Source of the DNA: a virus
Virus record (IMG/VR): IMGVR_UViG_3300028844_004984
Length of the DNA stretch: 64,000 nucleotides
Direction: 5' to 3' (one strand)
Numbering within the stretch: the stretch's first letter is position 1; each line of letters opens with the position of its first letter. The notes beneath the pieces are model-generated. The model was not told where the DNA came from. It searched no databases and saw nothing but the letters and a program-made list of their open reading frames with translations. Shown here piece after piece: positions 16,256 through 25,561 of the stretch. Both the position numbers and the translations under genes were made by a program.

Positions 16256-16327
16256 GCGGGAAAAGAGTTAAGAGAAACTCGCCGTACTTCCAGTACGGAG
16301 ATGGTGGGGCAGTTCCACCTTCCCGCT
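16256..16327 (+). tRNA. Non-canonical tRNA-Gly(TCC)-like RNA, copy 2
   Basis: GCGGGAA/TTCCCGC acceptor; CCGTA-CT TCC AG-TACGG; T-loop GGCAGTT. Confidence 0.8.
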
Positions 16328-16347
16328 CAAATTTTAATTCATACGAA

Positions 16348-16506
16348 ATGACCGCAGAAGAAGAAATTGAAGAAATCCTAATCGAAGCAGATGCTGTGGG
16401 ATTACGTTCTGAAGTAATGGAATGGGCACGTAAAGAGATGGATAAGAATCCAAAAATGCGTAGAGTAGATGCATATCAACAGGCATACTATGAATGGGTA
16501 AAATGA
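16348..16506 (+). CDS. Small hypothetical protein
   Basis: Read manually; ATGA-coupled to the next gene. Confidence 0.65.
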   Translation: MTAEEEIEEILIEADAVGLRSEVMEWARKEMDKNPKMRRVDAYQQAYYEWVK

Positions 16507-16682
16507 ATCCATCAGATAAAGAAGTAGAACAAGCAATTGATAGAACACAAATTCTCTATAACTCAATTGTGGAGAATGTTGTACGTCATAGTGTATATAA
16601 GCTGGATAAGGGGTTTGCTAAACACATAGATACTGCGTTAGAATCTCTTTCAAAAGCAAACACAATTATAAGTAATGTATAG
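16503..16682 (+). CDS. Hypothetical protein
   Basis: ORF in the operon. Confidence 0.6.
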   Translation: MNPSDKEVEQAIDRTQILYNSIVENVVRHSVYKLDKGFAKHIDTALESLSKANTIISNV

Positions 16683-17076
16683 TAAAGGGATGTTAGCTGG
16701 TAACTTTGATGTGATACATCCTGGTTACATTAAGATGTTTAAAGAATGTAAAGAGGTGTGTGATAGGTTGATAGTATTCCTACATACAGACCCATCCATT
16801 GAGCGACCAGATAAACTCAAACCCATATTGAGTGTGGATGAAAGAGTAGAAGTTTTAGAATCGTTGCGGTATGTTGATGATATACAAACATATACATATG
16901 AGAATGAGTTGTATAAGTTGATTGAACTTAACTCTCCTGATATTAGATTCTTAGGTGATGATTACAAAGGTAAGACTTATACTGGCTACGAACTGAATAC
17001 ACCCATCCACTATCTAAATCGAAATCACGGTTGGAGTACCACCAAATTTAAAACCCTAATTGCACAATCACTATGA
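16675..17076 (+). CDS. Cytidylyltransferase (TagD/RfaE-like HxGH family)
   Basis: AGNFDVIHPGY; ER...LRYVD; GDDY; STT. Confidence 0.88.
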   Translation: MYSKGMLAGNFDVIHPGYIKMFKECKEVCDRLIVFLHTDPSIERPDKLKPILSVDERVEVLESLRYVDDIQTYTYENELYKLIELNSPDIRFLGDDYKGKTYTGYELNTPIHYLNRNHGWSTTKFKTLIAQSL

Positions 17077-17444
17077 AGTTAGCAGTAATCGCACATGACG
17101 GTAAGAAGGCAGATATGGTATCGTTCGTAATGAAACGATTACCATTCTTCAAACGTAAGGATGTACAGCTCGTAGGAACTGGTACTACTGGTACTATGAT
17201 TATCCATGCAGGTCTAAAGGTGGAGAGAGTAGCATCAGGCCCAATGGGTGGTGATGCAGAAATTGGTGCGATGGTGACCAGAGGTGAGATTGATGGGGTA
17301 ATCTTCTTTAGAGACCCATTAGATAAACACCCGCACGATGTAGATATCTCAATGTTGATGAGGTTGTGTGATGTACACGAAGTACCATTAGCTACCAATT
17401 ACAAATCAGCACATATTATGATTAAGTATTTTGAAAAAAAATGA
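17073..17444 (+). CDS. mgsA: Methylglyoxal synthase
   Basis: IAHDGKK; TGTTG; SGPMGGD; FFRDP...PHDVD; PLATN. Confidence 0.95.
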   Translation: MKLAVIAHDGKKADMVSFVMKRLPFFKRKDVQLVGTGTTGTMIIHAGLKVERVASGPMGGDAEIGAMVTRGEIDGVIFFRDPLDKHPHDVDISMLMRLCDVHEVPLATNYKSAHIMIKYFEKK

Positions 17445-18328
17445 ATAAATTAGATAAACAATATCAAGAACTACTAATGACCATACTTGAGTATGGGGTA
17501 GATAAATCAGATAGGACTGGTACAGGTACTAAGTCCATCTTTGGTTATACCATCCGACACAATATGGAAGATGGGTTTCCTCTACTAACCACAAAGAAGA
17601 TGGCAGTCAAAACTATGATGACTGAGTTGAAGTGGTTTTTAAAAGGGGATACCAACATCAAATATTTGGTAGATAACGGATGTAACATTTGGAATGGTGA
17701 TGCCTACAAAAACTACATTGATAAGTTACCAGGAGATACGGATGTTTTTGATATTCTCAAAAGAGATGAGTTTATTGAAAAAATCAAAACCGATGATGAG
17801 TTCTCAAAGAAGTGGGGTGAGTTAGGTCGTATCTACGGAGCGCAGTGGAGAGATTGGGAAGGGTTTGACCAGATGGGTAATCTAATCAACCAACTAAAGA
17901 AAAATCCTGATTCAAGACGATTGATGGTTAGTGCGTGGAATGTTCCAGAGATTCAGTTCGTAGTACTACCACCATGCCATTACGGATTCCAATGTTATGT
18001 TGCCGATGGTAAACTATCTCTGATGTGGAACCAGCGTTCGGTAGATACGTTCTTAGGATTACCATTCAACATCGCATCGTATGGTACACTACTCCTATTA
18101 CTATGTGAAGAAACTGGATATCGTCCTGGTCATTTGATTGGTAACTTAGGGGATGTGCATCTTTACAACAACCACTTAGAACAAGCCAAAGAACAACTCA
18201 GTAGAGATGGGTCAGATACACTACCCGATATCGTATTGGATAATATTGATGTTCTCAATGGTGAGTTTGATTACACCATCTTAGGATACTCACCAAGCCC
18301 CGCAATCAAAGCACCATTAAGTAATTGA
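17441..18328 (+). CDS. thyA: Thymidylate synthase
   Basis: DRTGTGT; FPLLTTK; LPPCH; QRSVDTFLGLPFNIASY; HLYNNH. Confidence 0.97.
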   Translation: MNKLDKQYQELLMTILEYGVDKSDRTGTGTKSIFGYTIRHNMEDGFPLLTTKKMAVKTMMTELKWFLKGDTNIKYLVDNGCNIWNGDAYKNYIDKLPGDTDVFDILKRDEFIEKIKTDDEFSKKWGELGRIYGAQWRDWEGFDQMGNLINQLKKNPDSRRLMVSAWNVPEIQFVVLPPCHYGFQCYVADGKLSLMWNQRSVDTFLGLPFNIASYGTLLLLLCEETGYRPGHLIGNLGDVHLYNNHLEQAKEQLSRDGSDTLPDIVLDNIDVLNGEFDYTILGYSPSPAIKAPLSN

Positions 18329-18330
18329 GT

Positions 18331-18516
18331 ATGATTACATATCTATTGATAGGTACACTTGTTATGTTTATTACAGAACGAATTGTAATGAAGTACAATG
18401 AGGATCCTGAGTTTAGTTTTACAATGTTAAATCGATTCGCTGGAATCGTACTATGGCCGCTTGCATTAATTCTTATTGTCGGTGGATTCCTCATAGGATT
18501 CTTTGGAAGAGACTAA
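18331..18516 (+). CDS. Small membrane protein
   Basis: Two TM segments. Confidence 0.6.
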   Translation: MITYLLIGTLVMFITERIVMKYNEDPEFSFTMLNRFAGIVLWPLALILIVGGFLIGFFGRD

Positions 18517-18519
18517 CAT

Positions 18520-18594
18520 TTAACAATTTTTTAACATAGGGGGCTTGTATAAGTCCCCTTTTTTTTGTACTTTAGTCCTGTAATCATTGAGAGA
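18520..18594 (+). promoter_or_regulatory. Repeated cassette in which the promoter overlaps a terminator hairpin
   Basis: TTAACA-N5-TTAACA, then AGGGGGCTT-GTAT-AAGTCCCCT-T tract, then TACTTTAGTCCTGTAATCATTGAGA. Confidence 0.8.
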
Positions 18595-18600
18595 TACACT

Positions 18601-18798
18601 ATGAAAAACTATCAAGCAATTCTAATAGCAGTTGGTGGAATTACACTAACTCTACTGACCGGTAATGGTACAATTCAGAACTACATCGCATTTGCGGGTG
18701 AACTCAACGAAATGACGTTCGCATGTGTTGGTATGATGTTAGGTTTGGTGGGGTTAGCGGCAATTGACTACCGCAAACTACTTAAAGGCTTGTTTTAA
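18601..18798 (+). CDS. Small membrane protein
   Basis: Two hydrophobic segments; follows a cassette. Confidence 0.65.
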   Translation: MKNYQAILIAVGGITLTLLTGNGTIQNYIAFAGELNEMTFACVGMMLGLVGLAAIDYRKLLKGLF

Positions 18799-18822
18799 GT
18801 TGTTGATAACTTGTTTATAAGT

Positions 18823-18895
18823 TTAACACTTTTTAACATTTATGGCTTGGAATTGTGGTAAATGTTCACTATTTTAGTACTGTAATGATTGGGAA
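18823..18895 (+). promoter_or_regulatory. Repeated early promoter cassette, preceded by two DnaA-box-like sites (18801-18820)
   Basis: TTAACA pair; CTTGG; TATTTTAGTACTGTAATGATTG. Confidence 0.8.
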
Positions 18896-18911
18896 AGATA
18901 AAACAAAAGAT

Positions 18912-21056
18912 ATGAGAGATAACACTAAGTATTCATCTTATTGGTTGCGAGATGGCCTATTTGATGATGATGATACGACTACAGAAGTCGAATCTAAACA
19001 TTCTAATCTGATGGCTCTTGCCTCTTATAAGAAGGCTATTGGAAACTTCGTTAACATTGTTACCAACGATAACATCCCTGTTACATTTGATGTGCGTGGG
19101 GATAATTCTTACACCGATGGTAGTTCGGTAACCATCTCAGCTAAGATGGATGATAAGGATTTTGATTCTACGGTGGGGTTGGCATTGCACGAAGGTTCTC
19201 ATATCAAACTCACCGACTTCAATACTCTTCAAAAGATTCGTTCAAATGATATTGGATTGAGTTATGATTACTACCAACAATTGGCTGATAAGCATTATGG
19301 TGGTGATATTTATCAAACTCAAAATTGGGTAAATGGTTTAGTTAAGGATTTACTCAATGTGATTGAGGACCGCCGGATTGATAACTACATTTATCAATCA
19401 TCACCTGGCTACAAAGGTTACTACCACGCGATGTACGATAAGTACTTCAACGCTAAGATTATTGATAAGGGATTGACCTCATCTGAGTATCGTACTGAGG
19501 ATTGGGAATCTTATATGTTCCGTATCATCAACATCACCAACGCTAATCGTGATTTGGATGCACTGAATCAACTGCGTGGTGTGTGGAATCTGATGGATTT
19601 GGGTAACATTGAACGACTCACTTCCACTCAGAAGTGTTTGGATTTGGCTGTTGAAATCTTCCAATTGGTTGAGAACTCACTTCCACCAACTGAACAACCT
19701 GAGCAAGATTGTGATGGAGATGGTGAGGGTGATGGTCAATCCGATGAGAATCAGCAAGAGACCGGAGAAGGTTCTGGTGGAGGTGGTGATAACTCCGAAA
19801 CCAATGGTACTGATAATACCGAAGGTGGTGGGGGTGACCCAAAGGATGGTTCTGATGGTGTAGATGATACCGATGGAGATGCAGATGGTGATGATGTGAA
19901 GAGTGGTCGTTCTTCTTACAACCCCACTGGGGCTGGTGGTGATGGTTCTAACAACCAACCTACCGATACAAAGAGTGATGGCGACGGTGAACTATCAGAC
20001 CGCCAGAAATCTCAGCTTGAGAAGGCCATTGAGAAGCAAAAGAAGTTTCAGAATGGTGATACTACCAAAAAGAAGGTTTCTAAGAATGAGGCAACTAAGT
20101 TGGATTCTCTGAGTAAGGCTGGTATTGAGGAAAAGTTGGCTGGTAAGGATTACCAATCTGGTCGCTACTACAGAGTTGATAAGCAGACTCCCGTGATGAT
20201 TGTTCGAAACTTCAGTAAGAACCTCGTCGATAGTGGTATTTTGGATATGACAGGTTCTTATTGGACTGCTCGTAATGAAGAAGCTGTTCGTAAGGGAGTT
20301 GTATTGGGTACTGTTCTTGGTAAGAAGTTGAAACTTCGTAGTGAGGAACGTTCATTGGTTACTCCTCGAATGAAGAATGGTCGAATCTCTGGTCGATTGT
20401 TGCATGAGTTGGGTATGGGTAATACTCAAATCTTCGACCAGACTATCATTAACAAACACAACCCCGCCTTTGTTCACATCTCTATCGATGCTAGTTCTTC
20501 GATGGGTGGTAAGAAGTGGACCAACACCCAAACGGCTGCGGTGGCTATCGCTAAGGCGGCTTCAATGACCAACAATCTTGATGTGGTGATTTCTTATCGC
20601 TCGATTCAATGTGGGGCTGGTAACCACCGAAACGTTCAACCACTTATGTTGATTGCATACGATTCTCGTAAAGATAAGTTCTCTAAGGTTCAGCAGTTGT
20701 TCGAATACCTTAACCCGTGTGGGACTACTCCTGAGGGGTTGTGTTTCGAATCTATTTTGAATGAGATTACCAACACTAACAAAGGTGTTGATAGTTACTT
20801 CATCAACTTCTCTGATGGTTATCCTGGCTTCTCTAACAACGATATGGATTATGGTGGTACTGAGGCTGTTAACCACACAGCGACTCAGGTGAAGAAAATT
20901 CAACAGGCGGGTATCAAAGTTCTTTCTTACTTTGTTTACGATAACTACGATAGTGGGGTTGAAAACTTCCAACGGATGTATGGTAAATCAGCAACTTCAG
21001 TTGATACCACCAATCTAATGGCTCTCACCAAAACTTTGAACAAATTGTTCCAATAA
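18912..21056 (+). CDS. CobT-like protein: N-terminal HExxH metallopeptidase-like domain, acidic linker, C-terminal vWA domain
   Basis: LHEGSH; IEDRRI; G/D-rich linker; MIDAS DASSSM, GTTPE, SDG. Confidence 0.85.
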   Translation: MRDNTKYSSYWLRDGLFDDDDTTTEVESKHSNLMALASYKKAIGNFVNIVTNDNIPVTFDVRGDNSYTDGSSVTISAKMDDKDFDSTVGLALHEGSHIKLTDFNTLQKIRSNDIGLSYDYYQQLADKHYGGDIYQTQNWVNGLVKDLLNVIEDRRIDNYIYQSSPGYKGYYHAMYDKYFNAKIIDKGLTSSEYRTEDWESYMFRIINITNANRDLDALNQLRGVWNLMDLGNIERLTSTQKCLDLAVEIFQLVENSLPPTEQPEQDCDGDGEGDGQSDENQQETGEGSGGGGDNSETNGTDNTEGGGGDPKDGSDGVDDTDGDADGDDVKSGRSSYNPTGAGGDGSNNQPTDTKSDGDGELSDRQKSQLEKAIEKQKKFQNGDTTKKKVSKNEATKLDSLSKAGIEEKLAGKDYQSGRYYRVDKQTPVMIVRNFSKNLVDSGILDMTGSYWTARNEEAVRKGVVLGTVLGKKLKLRSEERSLVTPRMKNGRISGRLLHELGMGNTQIFDQTIINKHNPAFVHISIDASSSMGGKKWTNTQTAAVAIAKAASMTNNLDVVISYRSIQCGAGNHRNVQPLMLIAYDSRKDKFSKVQQLFEYLNPCGTTPEGLCFESILNEITNTNKGVDSYFINFSDGYPGFSNNDMDYGGTEAVNHTATQVKKIQQAGIKVLSYFVYDNYDSGVENFQRMYGKSATSVDTTNLMALTKTLNKLFQ

Positions 21057-21060
21057 TCAT

Positions 21061-21131
21061 TTAACAATTTGATAACATTAAAAGCTTGTGTAATCCAAAA
21101 TATTTCGTATCTTTACTATGTAATGATTGAG
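21061..21131 (+). promoter_or_regulatory. Repeated early promoter cassette
   Basis: TTAACA-N5-ATAACA...CTTG...TATCTTTACTATGTAATGATTGAG. Confidence 0.8.
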
Positions 21132-21153
21132 ATGATTAACGAATTGAATTGAT

Positions 21154-21366
21154 ATGGCGAAAGCAAGAAAGACACTTGAGGTAGTAACGATGTTGGAGTG
21201 GGCCAATGGCCAGTTGGCCTATGAGGGTCACGGACAAGGCCATAAGGCTGGTATTTGTACTATGATTGAAAGAATCCTTATGGATGCTGGGTGTTATAAT
21301 GGGTATAATTACCTCATTACTTCCGGCGATGGTTATGAGTATACTCGGCAATACTATGGGATTTAA
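21154..21366 (+). CDS. Hypothetical protein
   Basis: ORF between two cassettes. Confidence 0.7.
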   Translation: MAKARKTLEVVTMLEWANGQLAYEGHGQGHKAGICTMIERILMDAGCYNGYNYLITSGDGYEYTRQYYGI

Positions 21367-21435
21367 CGATTTGTTAACATTAGAAATTTGGAATATTAAA
21401 AAATAAGTGGTACTTTAGTACTGTAAGATTAAGAG
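21363..21435 (+). promoter_or_regulatory. Repeated early promoter cassette
   Basis: TTAACG-N5-TTAACA...TTTGG...TACTTTAGTACTGTAAGATTAAGA. Confidence 0.8.
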
Positions 21436-21458
21436 TTAAACATTAAAACAGAGTTATT

Positions 21459-22730
21459 ATGAAATCACAGCGATTTGTTTATTTGAAGGTTGAGCGAGAT
21501 ATCGACAACCAATTGGTTCTGGTCGATTCGGCTGGTAAGAAGTTTTTAGTTCCTTCAATCAATGAGAAGGGAACATCATTGTATAAGCGTGCTGTTTCGG
21601 CCGCTAACAATCCCACTAAGTATTGTTTCAAAGTTCGTGTAAAGGGAAATCTATCCGAAGGTTCTGTTGAGTACGGACGGAATCCTGGTGAGAATTTCAA
21701 TGGGGCTGAGCCCGTTACCAACTTTAACCGACCAAATGGTGGGTTGGAACAATACGAAATGAAGGTTACTCCTCAGGCAGAAGTTGCTGAAAAGCCCGTT
21801 GAAGAGAATGTTCTCAACTTCATTCACAATGAATCTGAAGGTTTGAAGCCACAGATGTTGTTTATGAATCCATTGAAGTGGAAGTATCTTATCCGTAACA
21901 TCATTCGTGGTAAGAACATTATGATGACCGGACCGGCTGGTTGTGGTAAAACGATGGCTGCTAAAGCAGCGGCTAATTCGATTGAGGGTTACACTATGGA
22001 AATCTTCAATTTGGGTTCAACGCAAGACCCCCGAGCAACGCTAATCGGTAATACTCAGTTCGATACTAAGAAAGGTACTGTGTTCTCTCCTTCACCATTT
22101 GTGAAGGCGATTCAGACTCCAAACACCGTGATTGTGTTGGATGAAATCTCCCGAGCTCACCCTGAGGCCCACAACATTCTGATGAGTGTTTTGGATGCCG
22201 GGCAACGTTACTTACGTTTGGATGAGGCGGCTGATTCGCCTGTAGTGAAGGTGGCTGATGGAGTTTCTTTCATCGCTTCCGCTAACATCGGTAATGAATA
22301 CACTTCGACTCGTCAACTTGACCGAGCCATTGTTGACCGATTCACTATCATCGAAATGGATACTCTGACCGCTGATGAGGAATCTTCTCTTCTTCAGATG
22401 ATGTATCCTTCGGTTGATAACGGAGTTCTCTCCAATGTGGCTCAAATCACTTCAATGACTCGAAACGATTTGAAGAAAGAAACTCCGACTATCTCAAACG
22501 CACTTTCGACTCGTTCTGCGGTTGAGATTGGTTCACTTCTCTACGATGGGTTCTCTCTCGCTGAGGCTGCTGAAATTACCATCTACCCATTGTTCGATGA
22601 TGCAGGTGGGGCTCAATCAGAACGAACGTTCATTAAGCAGTACGTTCAGAAGTATGTTGGTTCAACCGATGAGGAAAACCTCTTCAACGTTGACTCTGAG
22701 CAAGATGTTGATGTTTCAAATCCTTTCTAA
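21459..22730 (+). CDS. MoxR/CbbQ/CobS-like AAA+ ATPase
   Basis: Walker A GPAGCGKT; Walker B VLDEISRA; ASAN; LDRAIVDRF; STR. Confidence 0.9.
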   Translation: MKSQRFVYLKVERDIDNQLVLVDSAGKKFLVPSINEKGTSLYKRAVSAANNPTKYCFKVRVKGNLSEGSVEYGRNPGENFNGAEPVTNFNRPNGGLEQYEMKVTPQAEVAEKPVEENVLNFIHNESEGLKPQMLFMNPLKWKYLIRNIIRGKNIMMTGPAGCGKTMAAKAAANSIEGYTMEIFNLGSTQDPRATLIGNTQFDTKKGTVFSPSPFVKAIQTPNTVIVLDEISRAHPEAHNILMSVLDAGQRYLRLDEAADSPVVKVADGVSFIASANIGNEYTSTRQLDRAIVDRFTIIEMDTLTADEESSLLQMMYPSVDNGVLSNVAQITSMTRNDLKKETPTISNALSTRSAVEIGSLLYDGFSLAEAAEITIYPLFDDAGGAQSERTFIKQYVQKYVGSTDEENLFNVDSEQDVDVSNPF

Positions 22731-22741
22731 AAACAATGTTT

Positions 22742-22787
22742 AACTCTGAGATATCCCCCGAAAGGGGGAATCTCTTACCTCAGAGTT
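22742..22787 (+). terminator. Stem-loop with GAAA tetraloop (terminator or processing site), followed by a host-type promoter
   Basis: TCCCCC-GAAA-GGGGGA inside AACTCTGAG...CTCAGAGTT. Confidence 0.6.
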
Positions 22788-22827
22788 TGGATATAATAGA
22801 TATTTTTTGTATATTTAAAATAAAACT

Positions 22828-23139
22828 ATGAAAAACAATATTGAAGTTTGTAAAATGGTTATCGAAGTCCTTAACGAAGATGGGTTCTTTGAAAACGAAT
22901 GGATTGATGAAAACAAATTCCGGCCACGTTTCTACAAAGCCGCAGAAAAGGTTGAGTGTGATGATACAGAAACCTTGGTAAACACACTAATGGCTTTAGC
23001 AGAACAGGTCTCTAAGGATATCATTCGAGAAAACGTAGATACCACATTGAATGAGTTGACCAAAAAGGGACTTGTGAAATCCGTTGTAATGGATAACGGA
23101 CAAATTGGGTATGAACTAAACACTAACAACAATGAGTAA
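22828..23139 (+). CDS. Hypothetical protein
   Basis: ORF. Confidence 0.7.
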   Translation: MKNNIEVCKMVIEVLNEDGFFENEWIDENKFRPRFYKAAEKVECDDTETLVNTLMALAEQVSKDIIRENVDTTLNELTKKGLVKSVVMDNGQIGYELNTNNNE

Positions 23140-23545
23140 AGAAGAACTACACGATGAAAATCTTATTCCAGATAATTACTGGTCTGAGTTAAGTGAAGAG
23201 GAACGTGCAGCGATGGCTAAAGCTATCGATGAGGCTGAAGAGCAGTTCCTTCAGAATCCTGAAGAATGGGATGAGATGGATGAGGCATACTATGAGAGTA
23301 TGCGTGACCGATTTGAAAAGGGGCCAGATGAGATTGGCCCTCGACAATTTAAAACCTATATGAATCGGAACATACCGATTTGGGTTTTTATAATGCCAGC
23401 TGGACGTCAGCATGATGGTGAGAACTTTGTAAGTTACTACCATGTGATTGCTGAGGATATGCAGAATGGTGAAGTAAATGGTGATTACGCACTGCTTACA
23501 GAGCAAGAATTAGAATCTAAGTATAACATTAAGTATAACGTTTAA
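23132..23545 (+). CDS. Acidic hypothetical protein
   Basis: ORF. Confidence 0.7.
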   Translation: MSKEELHDENLIPDNYWSELSEEERAAMAKAIDEAEEQFLQNPEEWDEMDEAYYESMRDRFEKGPDEIGPRQFKTYMNRNIPIWVFIMPAGRQHDGENFVSYYHVIAEDMQNGEVNGDYALLTEQELESKYNIKYNV

Positions 23546-23555
23546 AATTAAAATT

Positions 23556-23756
23556 ATGAAGTATTACAAAGCAAAAGTAAAAGTTATCACACAGGATGAC
23601 AAAGGTAGACAAAAGAAGAACGTAGAAGAGTATTTGGTAAACGCTGTTTCTGTAACAGATGCTGAAACTAAAGTTCACGAAGAGTTCAAAAACGATTCCG
23701 TAGAGTTTGAAGTGGCTTCGGTGATTGAGACTAAGATTCTAAAAGTTATCGAATAA
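23556..23756 (+). CDS. DUF4494-like protein (Bacteroidota family)
   Basis: G.QKK..E.YLV.A.S.TDAE motif. Confidence 0.7.
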   Translation: MKYYKAKVKVITQDDKGRQKKNVEEYLVNAVSVTDAETKVHEEFKNDSVEFEVASVIETKILKVIE

Positions 23757-23762
23757 CGGAAT

Positions 23763-24056
23763 ATGGAACTTGATAAGAAGGTGTTTAAGCGATTAAAGAA
23801 TAAAGTTCTAAAGAAGTACCCAACCGCATCCACTCAGATGACTGCAGATGGTAGGTACTTTGTTTCAGATGGTACAGATAATCTATTGCTTGAGGAGTAT
23901 ATGATACCACCACAATCTACTGTGACTGCGGCTTGGTATTGGATGGCGGAAACGATGCGTGTAAATCAGAACATTGAACGTACACACCCCAATCGAATGG
24001 ATGTGGGTTCATTTGAAAGAAAGTTCAACAGAATTTCTCAAAGAAACAGGCGTTAA
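23763..24056 (+). CDS. Hypothetical protein
   Basis: ORF. Confidence 0.7.
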   Translation: MELDKKVFKRLKNKVLKKYPTASTQMTADGRYFVSDGTDNLLLEEYMIPPQSTVTAAWYWMAETMRVNQNIERTHPNRMDVGSFERKFNRISQRNRR

Positions 24057-24121
24057 TGTAGTTTCATTAAACTTTATTTTATATTTATTGATAACAAGTT
24101 AAATAAATCAAATACTGTATA

Positions 24122-24415
24122 ATGAAGAATCATTCAGGAAAGCCGAGAGGTAGAGTTAATATGGGCGGAGCGACCCATGCCAAAGATAGAGACCGTTTAA
24201 AAAGTTTAGGTAAACACTATAATTCAATTGACTTTGAAGTAAGTGATTCAATCACAGAAGCAAACTACAAAGATAAATCACAACCAATCGGAACATTGGT
24301 TATTGGTAATCGTAATGTAGATTTGACGTGGTCTGAGTGTACTAAGTTAATGCAAACACTTTCAGATGCACAGCTGATTCACAGACGAAAAATTCAAATG
24401 GGTTTGTTTAGGTAA
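24122..24415 (+). CDS. Hypothetical protein
   Basis: ORF; ATATTTAT upstream. Confidence 0.7.
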   Translation: MKNHSGKPRGRVNMGGATHAKDRDRLKSLGKHYNSIDFEVSDSITEANYKDKSQPIGTLVIGNRNVDLTWSECTKLMQTLSDAQLIHRRKIQMGLFR

Positions 24416-24426
24416 ACAAACTATAA

Positions 24427-24837
24427 ATGAAAGCATCGGATTTATTCAAAGAATTGGGGTTAGGAGATGATGAGTTAAACGAAGCACGTGAGTGGGTTAA
24501 CTACAAACACTTCGCAGAAACAGTACCAGATATACTCCAACTAAGTGAATACGTCGATACAATCTATAAGCAAGTTGTTGAAAAGGATGCTAAACCACAT
24601 AAGTGGTTTTCTGAACGCTATATGGTAGAGCGCTACCTAACATCTAATGTAGTGGTAGATGGTGAGTATCTAAATAATCTAATCACCAGAGTTGGTAAGA
24701 TTAAGGAGCGTACAAGCCATCTACCACACATTGATAACTTCCTAACTCTTATTTCAGATACAGTTAGTACAAATCGTAAGGCACTCCCCAAAGAATGTCT
24801 GTTGTTTCTAAATGAATTATATAAAGGAAACCTATAA
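24427..24837 (+). CDS. Hypothetical protein
   Basis: ORF. Confidence 0.7.
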   Translation: MKASDLFKELGLGDDELNEAREWVNYKHFAETVPDILQLSEYVDTIYKQVVEKDAKPHKWFSERYMVERYLTSNVVVDGEYLNNLITRVGKIKERTSHLPHIDNFLTLISDTVSTNRKALPKECLLFLNELYKGNL

Positions 24838-24849
24838 AACCAACTATTT

Positions 24850-25053
24850 ATGAATAGGATGAGTTTACATTACATAGATGAACCATATAGAGTTGAGATA
24901 GTTAATATACTATCTTCCACCGATTCGGAAGAGAATCGACTTCAACAGCTCAAACTTTATCTAATAAGTACACCATACTTCAAACACTTCACCAGTGAAC
25001 CATCTTGGTTGACTCGTGAAATTTACAACGATTTCAAAAAGGAAAGGAGATGA
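24850..25053 (+). CDS. Hypothetical protein
   Basis: ORF. Confidence 0.6.
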   Translation: MNRMSLHYIDEPYRVEIVNILSSTDSEENRLQQLKLYLISTPYFKHFTSEPSWLTREIYNDFKKERR

Positions 25054-25454
25054 GAATGGCTAATTCAGATTACTGGGATGAGGGTGAGTTCAACTTCTTT
25101 AGTTCATTAGAGGATGTAGATAAGTTATTATATCTATATGATTTAATGATTGGAGAGTTCGCTTATGAATATGAAGGTAAGGGTGGTGATTATTTTGAGT
25201 TTGAACTTGAAGATGATATGCCCGAACCTAAAGAACGGATAGATGTTCAAATGGAATTCATCAGAGAAGATGGGTATGATACTATCGTACTTACTGGTGG
25301 GAGCTTGTTTCCTTTAGAAAAGGTTGCTAGAGATTTAATGATGAATGGTATGATTCTTATGGACCGCCAGGTTGAGTTTACCAATTATGAGCCGTGGGAA
25401 GTAAAACTATCTCACAGACTTGTGGGTAGTGGTAACCCAATATCACTTAACTGA
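25050..25454 (+). CDS. Acidic hypothetical protein
   Basis: ORF. Confidence 0.7.
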   Translation: MRMANSDYWDEGEFNFFSSLEDVDKLLYLYDLMIGEFAYEYEGKGGDYFEFELEDDMPEPKERIDVQMEFIREDGYDTIVLTGGSLFPLEKVARDLMMNGMILMDRQVEFTNYEPWEVKLSHRLVGSGNPISLN

Positions 25455-25561
25455 CAAAATGTCAGTATCTAACTGACGTTATTTCCAATTTTACTCAATG
25501 GTATGGTATTCGTAATATAGAGTACGAATCTTATTTATAAAACCAAAAGGAGTAATACACT

